Positions 38,571 to 48,999 of a stretch of 64,000 bases of DNA are shown piece by piece (position 1 is the first letter of the stretch; the number at the start of each line of letters is the position of its first letter). The stretch comes from Oikopleura dioica (lineage: Eukaryota; Animalia; Chordata). The DNA is taken from assembly GCA_907165135.1 (NCBI GenBank), contig OU015567.1:3038001-3102000 (forward strand). Direction: 5' to 3'. The notes under the pieces are model-generated. The model did not search any database, was not told the origin of the DNA, and was given only the letters and a program-made list of their open reading frames with translations. A program made the position numbers and the translations under genes.

Positions 38571-39349
38571 AATTAATAATTTTTTTTTCAATTTCATATT
38601 ATTATAAAATTAAAAAAAAATAATAAAAAAAATATCAAAAAAGAACATTATTTTTTAACTCATGACTTCGTACTTGTAAGATTTTTGTGTCAATTCTTCT
38701 GACAAGGAGAGAAACTGGTCATTTCTTATTTTCAAGAGGGTCTGTCGCCTATCAATCTTGAGAATGTCAGAAGGCTCTGTTGGCTCAAGGTGCGCTGAGA
38801 ATAGAAATCCAAAACCAAAATGAAGACAAATTGGCCATAAATCGACGCTGACTTTTATTCTTGCTTTTGTTGCAGAGTTTTAGAGGGGAAATCGCCTTTA
38901 TCTTTCTAATATGGCTTAATTGATTGATTTGATAGTTATTTACAGTAAAAACTCGGCTTTGAACTTGTTCATTTTTGAAAGAAAAAGATATGGCTATCTC
39001 GCTCGTGCCAGTTTGTCAAGATTGATTTTGGCTGGTGCTAACATTTCCGGAAACGGTCTGTTGGTCTTGAAAAAAGGGCAGCTTTGATATGAAAAGATAG
39101 GAGTCTCGGCTAAGTGTCGGCATAATCAACAATCTGTTGTTTTTCGAGTAAACAATTTACAATTAAGAAATGCTTCATCCACGGGGCTTTGTATATATTT
39201 TCATTTGATTCTTATTTAATCACATTTTAGTACTGAAAAATGAAGAAAATGATTCAAGTTTTTGGCTTTTTTTTCATTGTTTTTGATTCTGCACAGGAAA
39301 ATAATGAAAACACATGGCAATCGTTATAAAAACACTTTTTAGATAAAAT

Positions 39350-39830
39350 GAATAAATGGCAACTGTTGATATCAAAAAAGCTTTTTCGTCTAAAATTCGA
39401 TCACTGATGTTGGAGGACGCGAATTTCGCGGTGTAGAAATCAACGAGGATGGAAATGTGAGGTTCTTTTACTGTTTCTGGCGGGAAGGCGCAATGATGAA
39501 GGGCTTCTAGTGATGCGTAGTCTTCTCCGTTGATTTTTGCGATTTGACAGTTGTCTACGCAGAAATTAGAGAGTGAAGTAATAACCTACAAGATGGAAGT
39601 GTAGAAATTGTGTTTGAATCAGAGAAAAGGATGAGTTCAAAATATTTGGCCAAGATACTTTTACTAAAATTTATGATTCTTTTTACCTGATGATTCTAGA
39701 ATTGCCGAAAAAACTTTCGCCTTGAGTTTTTCATCGTTATCTCCGTCAGTCAGCTTTTCATCCTTGCAAAGATCGTATTCCTCGTTGAACAGATGGTCTT
39801 CCACTTTTTCCATGAAGTGTTTCAAAGCAA
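39350..39830 (-). CDS. Hypothetical protein exons
   Basis: Open segments MEKVEDHLFNEEYDLCKD...AILESS-gtaaaa and VITSLSNFCVDNCQIAKINGEDY... No family was recognised. Confidence 0.3.
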
Positions 39831-40102
39831 AGAACTCGTAGTTTGCGCTTTGAATTGGTTACTGAGACGCCATTACAGTTGCATAAAAGGGAAAACAGTA
39901 GATTTCTTTGCGTTATGATTAACGATGATATTTGCATTTTTTAAGTGTGCTTCTTCCGGCGACTAAGCCTGATGCATGAGAATAATATCAAATTAAATCA
40001 AATCTGTCGAGAAAGGAAATTGTTAAGACATGTCTTCAACATCTTTTAGTGAGAGTTTTCTGACAGATACGTCTGTGGACGAACAAAATATTCAGTTCAT
40101 CA

Positions 40103-41050
40103 ATGGTGAGAATTAGGGCTAAATTCGGACTAATCAAAATTTTAGGAAAAACAGCAGTACAATTTAGAGATTTCATCGAGAAAAGCAGCCAATTCCAAAG
40201 TATTTGGAAAGCGCTGACCGATGAACGACGCGATAAATACGAGATCAAAGCAAAAATGGAACTCCTAGAAAACAAAATTGAAATTCTATCAAAAGAAAAT
40301 GCCTCTTTGAAGAACAGAATTGAAACCCAAGAATTAAAAACAGTCGAAATGGAAGAAAGTGCTGAAGACATGCGTATTGAGAATGAAATTTTGATGGAAA
40401 AACTTGAGTCAACATGAGATCGCTCAAAGATGCAAGAAGAAAGCTCGAAGCTTCATATTGACGCGCAAAATCGAGCTAGGGAGATCAAAAAATTGACAAA
40501 AGATCTGGAGCTGTTGAAAAAGGAGAAAGATGTGAAATTCTCAAAATTGGCCGAGATCATCGACTTAGAAAAAGAAAGAGTCGAAAAGGAGCTTGGGCCT
40601 TCGGCTGGGGCGGGGTTCTTTTACAAAAACGACCGCTCTATAAAATACGGTGGCACTCGGGCAACGATGGAAGAACCACATCTGAGAAAAATATTGAAGC
40701 TTTTATCGTTAGGAGCTCGAAAAATCAATCTCAAGCTCTGGTGTTACGACAATTTTGAGATTCAGGAAGGAAACTGGGAGATCAAATTCAAAGGGGCCTG
40801 GAAATGGGGTGATTTTTTCTTATGGATTTGTAATATAGGTTCCTCTTTCGTTATGTTAAAATACTTTATTCTTCCTTTAGATAGTCATGCCAGATTTACA
40901 GCCGTAGCTGAAGAAATCTGGGAAGTCACGGGTAAAGAAGAAAACAAAGAAGAAATTGCAAGTATTCCCGACAAAGGAAGAAGTCAGCTTATAAAATACA
41001 ATCGAAAAACTTCTTCTGAATATGTTCGATTTAATATTGTCTTTCTATAG
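40103..41050 (+). pseudogene. Coiled-coil protein with a globular C-terminal domain, interrupted by one in-frame TGA
   Basis: ORFs 40103-40417 and 40430-41050 share a frame. Heptad-rich K/E sequence continues across the TGA at 40415-40417. Confidence 0.55.
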
Positions 41051-41864
41051 TTTTCAATAAAATGAAATTAATAACCAATTTCCTGTTTTCCGGCGGTGGA
41101 ATTAGGTGTTTTCGTCGATCAACGTGATGCTCTCGATGCGATCGTTTCTCCCTACCGGTTGATATCCGACGATTACAGAGCAGCAAATTGTTCTCTTCAA
41201 TCCGCTTTGCAAAAGGCTCGATATTTTCAAAGCAAAACTCGCAAGCTGAGGATTGATAGTCGGCCTTGGCGAGGAAGTAGTTGTGGAAGCACAGTGCCAT
41301 TTGGAGGTTGAAAAGGATAGCGCCGGCCAGAAAGTAGACTCGCAGGAAGCTCTCTTTTTTACGAAGATTTGTCGACTCGTGAAATTTGATGGAGAAAATA
41401 GTTGTCTTTTCAGGATTAAATTAAGGGTATCACTATAATAAAATTGCCCGAGAAAATTTTTATCCTTTCCGTTAAAGTTAGAAAAGAAATAATTCCAAAG
41501 AAAATTCGCAGCCAATTCTCAGTGAAGATAAAAATCGTTGCTAAAAAAGAACTCGAAAAATGGGATTGAAAAAAATTGTACCGTGGAGTTCGAAAAAGGC
41601 ATAAATCACTAAAACAAAATCGAAAACATAGGCCAGCTCTCTCATTTCGTAGGATTGAATGACATTTTAGGGACATTTTTGCGTGTGAAAAAATTTTGAC
41701 TGTCTCGATTCCTTTGCAGCTGAGGATTAGGGAGTATGTACACAGGAGAACAACTTCCTGGAGAATGACGTTTTTGAAGTTGAATGCTTTCAACAATTGA
41801 AGTTCTTGAATATTCATCAAGAAAGGAGCTCCAAAAATGGTGCTTGTTTCATTTTGTTCATAAA

Positions 41865-44761
41865 ATGAGGCGGTTGCTTGTGTTCTTTTTCGGGTCTCTA
41901 GAGGCGTCGCTGTACCATGTGTACGAAAATCACTATAACTACAGACGACTTGGAGCTGGAAAGGCACCACCTGGTGAGTTTATCAATAAACTAGATAATC
42001 TAGTCAATAATTTATTGATAAGTCTTCCGCTTGGAAACGAAATTCCATTGAGAAATTTAATTTTCGTTAATGATATTTCAATTATAAATTATAGTTTATA
42101 ATTTATAATCTAGGCATCCTTGATAGCAACGAAAACTTTTCGTCGGGCTAAGAGTAAATAAATATAAACATGTGTGTAGAACCTTTTACTTATGGTCTCG
42201 TAAAATAAAATAATTCTAGACTCAAACAAATTTTAGGAAGCCCTCTGCAATTCAATCTGATAAGGCGAAATGCGGGAGACTCTGTTCCTGAAACCCTGGA
42301 CGCTGGAAAACTAGCTACAGCAAGAGGATGCTTTGGTGATGATTTCGAGGCATTGAATGAAGATTCAAGCTTCAACGAAGAAGCAGGAGCCAGCATAAGT
42401 GACTTTCCTTGGCTCAGGTTCGTCATTTTCTATTTTATAATAACAATTTTCGCAAAGAAATACTTGCTTGACTTTGGAAACCTGGTGCGAAGATGAAGTT
42501 TGCGATGCCAAGGAAAAACTGCTGGTCAACCATCAATGCGAAAAATACCAACCGGTCATCAGTGCAAAAAAACTGTCCCGAATCGTCATCAGATCCGAGT
42601 TCCAAAAAGAGCTCAAGAACTTCGTGAGTTCTGATGATTCATATTCCATCTTGAGCGAAGTCAATTTCAACGGCCTGTCGATTTATAAAATCAAGCAAAA
42701 TATTACATTCGATTCTTCGTTCCCTTCAAATTTGGCGGATTCTCTTCGGGAAATCAACGCTACAGCTGTGATTGGATCGAAATTGATAAAAATTGAAATC
42801 GAAGATAGCAGAATTGAGCTCTCAGACGTTGAAGACATGAACATGGACTTTTGGGAGCAGTTCAAAATATTCAGAAATCACACGGTAAGAGCTCAGTTTC
42901 CACGCTCGCCGAAAAGAATTATAGGAACTGAAAAATCTGACTTTATTTGGTGAAATAGCGGCGAAAAACGAAGCGGACGAATATATGAAAGATGACCCTG
43001 ACCAGCTCGGGCCGAAGCACCTTACCGATGAAATTTTGCTCAAAAACAATATTGAACCGAATAAAGAAGAATTGGAGAAGAGAATGAATACGCTCAGGTC
43101 ATTTTTTTAAGACGAGGCCTTTCACGAAATCGAGTGTATTACTGATTGAAATTTATTTCAGCAAACCACGGGATTTTGAAGTTTCATTTCCAGTTCAAAA
43201 ATATCTTGATGCCGTAAAAGCGCAAAAACAAAAGGAATTCGACCAAAAAGCTGATTTTCTCATCTCTCTTGGGTACGCTTTTTCACTCTTAGTATTCGTT
43301 ATTGGCCTCCTCTAGAAAACGATTAATCGAACGACAAAAAGAAATACTCAGAAAGAAGGGAATAACGGTTGATAAACTGAATGCTGCAGCGGAAAATCTA
43401 AAGAAGAGACTTGGTGATGCTTTTGCGGTTAGTCAAGAGGAGAGTCAAAAGTTTTGATTTAAATATTTAAAGATTGACGATGGTGTTTCTTTGCGAACAA
43501 ATTCCACTCATAAAAATTCAACAGAAATCGGCACTCCAAGGTATCATTTCGTAACAACGTTGGATTGACATAACAATACTTATTTGAGAACTCATGGGTT
43601 ACTATCATCAACTGTAAAGGTACAAAACTCAGCGCTCGACAAAATGACGACCATCAACAATACCATCATCTGCCCCAGGTTGGTAAATTTCCTGATAAAA
43701 AATTAATTTTCTTTTATTCAGCTTATTCACTCACTTCTCAAACGCCTTTTTCTTCACAACTATTACTGTTACAGGTCAGAATTTGAAACGACCTCTTCAA
43801 CAATTGAATTTTTAGCTGTTGGTTATGGCGCGCAACATGCCAGTTCTGACAGCGGAAAGATCTTTATTTGCATTTTTTCGCTGATTGCGATTCCCTACAC
43901 GCTTTTTTGCATAAGGAAAGAGGCCGTTGTTCGATCTTGAGTTAGAAAATGTGGTAGCTGAAGCCTCTACCAGTATTATTAGCAAGTGGTTGAGACGATC
44001 TGGGGAGCGGCTAGCGGGATTTATGTATGGAAAACCTGTTCGAGAGCTCAAAATCCATCAAAAAGTGATTCTCTCATCGATTTACGGCTACTTTTGGAAC
44101 GGGTTTTTTCATTCATCTGCGAATACTTTCTAGCAGTTAAAATCCGCGAAAGCTTGATTTTCTTCTTTATTCTTCCCGTTATCATGTTCCAAGTGATTGA
44201 ACAGTGGTCTCTTGTCGACTCGATTTATTTTTGCATCGTGACGCTGACAACTGTCGGCTTTGGTGATCTTTCCCCAAGTCCACTTCAGGTAGTTTCTCCC
44301 TCTTGAATGGCAAAATGAAGCATTTGCTCTAGAATAGCGAAGATTTCAATGGTGGCAAATTCATTATGTTTTATCGATGGATTTGCTGCCTTTGGAAGAT
44401 GATGGGACTTGCTTTCATTGCGTTTTTATTTGAAATCTACCAGGTTAGGAAATCAGTCGAAGCTAGAAAAAACAGTGATGTTCAGGACAATTTACGTGAC
44501 GTTTTATTTCACGAGGAAGATGAAAAACCACTAGTCGAAAATGGTAATTTTAACGATACAATTCAAGCAATTATCTTTTCAGAGCATAAAGTTCCAGAAG
44601 ACCCTATCGAAGAAGACGAAGAAGACGAAATTGTCCGTCAGACTCGTTCGAAACGCACTCGTCGAATAGACAGCACAGACTGTCACCTTACAGCTCAGAA
44701 ATCGGCCATTAATTTCACGAAGAATGTCATCTTTCCTACTGATATAGAGCTAAAGCACTGA
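41865..44761 (+). CDS. Two-pore-domain potassium channel (K2P/KCNK family); pore core at 43570-44761, 5' extent inferred
   Basis: P1: FSNAFFFTTITVTAVGYG. TM2: GKIFICIFSLIAIPY. P2: WSLVDSIYFCIVTLTTVGFGDLSP. TM4: FYRWICCLWKMMGLAFIAFLF. Candidate TM1 LLVFFFGSLEASLYHVYE at ~41875. Confidence 0.85.
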
Positions 44762-45366
44762 ACTGATCATAAATAAATCTATCTCAAATGTGACATGTCT
44801 ATGTTAGGCTTATTATTCGATTTCTTATTTATTTTTTCTAAGCCAATACAAGTCGGATCGTCATTTGGGTTTCATTCAATTGCTTCATTAACCTTTTATC
44901 GGATGTCGAGGATCAGACATAGAAGGTGGAAAAGATGAGTATAAAAACGAATAGGGGAGTTAGTCCATCAGAGAATCGCTATGAGAGTTTATGCAGTTTT
45001 TCTTATGTTCGTGAATGCTTCTTCGATTCACAAAATGCCAGGTAGCAATCTGAGATGAGCATTTTTTTAAGATATTTTTAGGTTCAAAAAGAAGCCCTGC
45101 TAGGTTTGACCTGGACGAATTAAAAATAGACCTAGATGAGCTTGGGGAAGTTTTCGACTCGCTGAATATTTGGCCGTCTTTTGGCACCGGAACATTCGGC
45201 AGTGGCTATCATCAACGATAACTGCACTTACAGTCAGTTTTGTCAAAACTCGAACAATCACTGTTTTCACGAATGGCCGAAACTCAAATAGTAGTGGCAG
45301 CTGACTGTTATAAAAACTGATTGCAATAAAAACTCTTGAGTTATTCCAAATTTTTATCTTTTTCTT

Positions 45367-47753
45367 TTATTCGAGCAAAATACATAATAATGACATAAGA
45401 AATGAACTGAATAAAGGAAAGGCGCCACTCCGAGTTCCTATCTCAGCATTTTCAAGTGTTTCAGTCTCTGGGCTGATGGTTGGAGCTTTACTGTCTTCTA
45501 TGATTTCGTTTTCGAATTCTTCTTCCATATTATTCAGGCCAATAAGCGTATCGTCGATGCTTTTCCAAGTTTCTTTATACTTTAGCTTATAATGAAATAA
45601 GCAAATCAAAACTCTTTCCTGTCTCCAATGTTAATAACCCCATTTGTCTCATTCATTTTGTTACCCATTTCTTCTTCATCTTGGCTTATTTTAACTGCCT
45701 TTGGTCTGATGCAAATCGCCATATGGGGAGCAGTACACCATTCATCATCCCAAAGGCCAAGTCCTCCAGCATTCTAGAGCTTAAGAACAGATCTTTCTTA
45801 CTAGAGGACTTACCAGAACAATGCAGTTTTGACCGACGCCTTGAAGTTGCCGATTATCAGGAACGCTTATTCAGGATCATTTTTTGTAAAGGACAATGCT
45901 TCTAATATAATTTTATCCCGATGCCCAGGAGCCCAGTTCAAAAAATTAACTGGAGAAGCAAATTCGTTCGCGTCCGAAACCCACCGACCGTTTTTCTTCT
46001 TGGTATCGACCCAAATTGTTTCTTCTGACTCGGTGAACTTTGATTCTGGCGCCAGCCTCCCGATTCGTTTTGAATCTCCAACAGAATTTATTCTTGGGAA
46101 ATGGCCTTGAAGATCACTACAAATTGTTTTCGAGGCTTTGTAGGGAGCTTTCTACAGGGTCAAAATGGTTTTCCTCTTTGATTGCAAAGTATTTAACGTA
46201 AACAATTTTGAGCCATTGGCATGTGGAATCACAATAAAGCACTCATCGTCATTGTAATCTTCAAAGGGTGGCTGGCACTTCGACTCGAACTTTGAATCTT
46301 CCAGATTATCCATATTGAAAAGCAATTCATTTTCTCTCTGCTCTTCGAACCAATTCGGTCTCCCAGGAACTGGACATTGTTCATTCCTGACGCAGATTTC
46401 GTTCCTGTCGCATTTTCGAGTTTGGCAGAAAGAATATCGCTCGCGGATGCAAAAATCGTCGTCCATCTTTCCCGGCTGGCCTCGGATGTTGACGAGCATG
46501 CAGTTTTGGAAGTATTCATTTCGGTTTTTATCATCTTTTAATTTTTAAGGGACCACGCGAACCTAGCTCGCGCCGCTTTTCAAAAAATCCATTCAGTACC
46601 TTATTTTTTGTCAAACTGAATGAAATTTTCAGGAAATATGTGGCTTTTTCTCCTCTTTAATCTCCAGTTTGAATTGTTTTCATATGATAATTTTTGAATC
46701 CAGCAGGAAGAAAACGAGATGCACAACTTTAAAAGGCATCAGCTCCTAAAATACTTGTCACTTGAAGTTACAAATACCTTCATCGAAAAGCGCATTCAAT
46801 TCTGATCAGAGATACGATCGCGTGGTCTTCAAATTTTATTTGCATTAGATCGTAATGAGGGGATTTATCAAGGAACACCCTTCGCGCGGCGGGGAATTTG
46901 CACTATTCGCGCTAAATTGGCGCGCTTCACGCCGCGAAACACCGGCTTCACGCGGAGTTACTGGACTAATCCGCTGGTTTTGACCGGATGTAAATAAAAT
47001 TTGAAGACCACGCGACCGTATCTCTGATCAGAATTGAATGCGCTTTTCGATGAAGGTATTTGTAACTTCAAGTGACAAGTATTTTAGGAGCTGATGCCTT
47101 TTAAAGTTGAGCATCTCGTTTTCTTCCTGCTTAATTCAAAAATAATCATATGAAAATAATTCAAACTGGAGATGAAAGAGGAGAAAAAGCCACATATGTC
47201 CTGAAAATTTCATTCAGTTTGACAAAAAATAAGGTACTGAATGGATTTTTTGAAAAGCGGCGCGAGCTAGGTTCGCGTGGTCCCTTAATGTCAAAAACCC
47301 CGTTTTTATCTTACACCAAACAGCATTATCCGGCAACAATTCGCCATCCCATTCTCCCCAATTATCCAGCTCTAGTTCATTTCCCCATGCATCAATCCAT
47401 ACTCCTTCCTTTTCCCTGTCCGTGTACCCCAGCCAGATCTTCTCATATAAGCCGGGCCCTTTCAGGGGAGAAGTAAGAGCTAACTTCTCCAGCGGAAATG
47501 CCTCCTGGCGACTGAATGTCGGCAAATTCGACTCCAAGCACGAGCATAACTTTGCCGCCTGATCAAAAGTCATTGGCGGGATCAAGCGGAAACACGAGCC
47601 GTAAGCCAAATCAGAAGTCTCTCCTCGCGATAGATCGAAAAACCCATCTGGGCAGTTGCTCGCGGACGATCGTAAATTCTGACTCTCGCTTTTGTAAATC
47701 TCTAGGTTCAGCAAAGGCGGTATGGAAAAATTTGTTTGATTTGCGATGCTCAT
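45367..47753 (-). CDS. Tandem C-type lectin domain protein with a C-terminal GPI-type hydrophobic signal
   Basis: CTLD1: CPDGF...SCFRLI...AAKLC...IWLGYTDREKEGVW...NW / NCMLV...MDDDFC...FC. CTLD2: CQPPF...ECF...IWVD...NWAPGVPDN...QNCIVL/NAGGLGLWDDEWCTAPHMAIC. Tail: SGAFPLFSSFLMSLLCILLE-stop. The start was not located. Confidence 0.85.
46549..47284. mobile_element. 736-bp foldback MITE with TTAA TSD (Kolobok/T2-type ends) in a lectin intron
   Basis: ~295-bp near-identical TIRs begin GGGACCACGCGAACC. TTAA at 46545-46548 and 47285-47288. The purine-purine termini differ from piggyBac CCC termini. Confidence 0.9.
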
Positions 47754-48650
47754 CCTTTCTTGGTAAAGATGCTCTGCCGCTCGCGCACTTCCTTTTTGGT
47801 TGTTTTATATGCAAATTTTTGACCTAGCTATTGGAAGAAACAATGATGAGGGTGCAAGTCTGATTTTTTTAGTGTCTATTTTTTTACGAAAATTAATTTT
47901 TTTTTTTCATCCAAAAAACATGAAATCCCATCTATATAACCCGAACATCTGTGGTTTTTTGACCCCATTTAAACTTAAAAATAACATTCTTTCGGCATCA
48001 GACCTTATTGACAAAAACTGTCAGTTTTGCATTGAATTCCAATTTGTCCAACTGCTAGGTTTCAATTAAAAATAGAGCAAAAGTCAAGTCATAATCTTTC
48101 TTTGACCCGCGTGTCATAATCATCGATAATTATCCCTTGGAAATTAATGACCTCGAATTCTCCTTCAGCAAAATCCATCTCGTTGAAAAGAAAATCTCAA
48201 GAGCACCATTCAGAAGAAGAAAACGCAAACAATTATTCTTGAATAGAAAATGAGCCTTCTGAAGAGAGGGGAATGAGTGAATGACGATCTGACAAAGATT
48301 ATCGGGTCAATTTGAGCGGTGCCATTCATCTTGACCAGTTATAGTCAAAGGACAGGTTAGTGTAGGGAGATAGGGTTCATCGAAATTTAAATAGAGAAAA
48401 ATTGGGAAACGGAGATGGAGAAAGAAAATCTTTTTTTCTATTTACTGAATTGTAAAGCGAAATTATAGTTTTTGAGTCAACAACGCAGGGGTTTAAGGTA
48501 ATCTGCAAGGGCTCATCGTATGTCTTAATTTCTTTCAATACTCCAGGAGAAGTGCTTGTGTCTTTCTTAGAATTGGTTCATCAAAAACACAAGAAACAGA
48601 TAAATATAGTAAGTGTTACTTTACGACCTTTGCCCCTAGAATCGTAGAAA

Positions 48651-48849
48651 GGGGCTATCATTCGAGCCTATGATTCGAGCCATCCAATATTTCTAGAATC
48701 AGGGGTAGTGGTTAGGGGTAGGTACTGGGAACTGATAACGGATGGTCCGGGGAAGCGAAGCCCCCTGGCTTAGGCCTTAGGTGGGGGTACCAGGAGGGCG
48801 TAGCCCCTGGGTTAGGTTTAGGGTTAGGGGCAGCTCGAATGATAACCCC
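48651..48849. mobile_element. ~200-bp IR-bounded element with TTAGG(G)-like repeats and GC hairpins
   Basis: GGGGCTATCATTCGAGC / GCTCGAATGATAACCCC ends. The interior has GGTTAGG repeats, GCGAAGCCCC and GGGCGTAGCCC. A similar composition occurs at 27176-27302. Confidence 0.6.
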
Positions 48850-48999
48850 CTACTACCCCAAGCTATTAAAAGCCTGAACCAAAGGTTAACAATATTCGCC
48901 CGCAGATCTTCTGTTTGAAAGATAATTGTTTTTTCTTTCGCTGAAAGTGCTGTTTATTAGATTTTCGCCTTGATCATCACTAATCGTATTATTTTCAGG

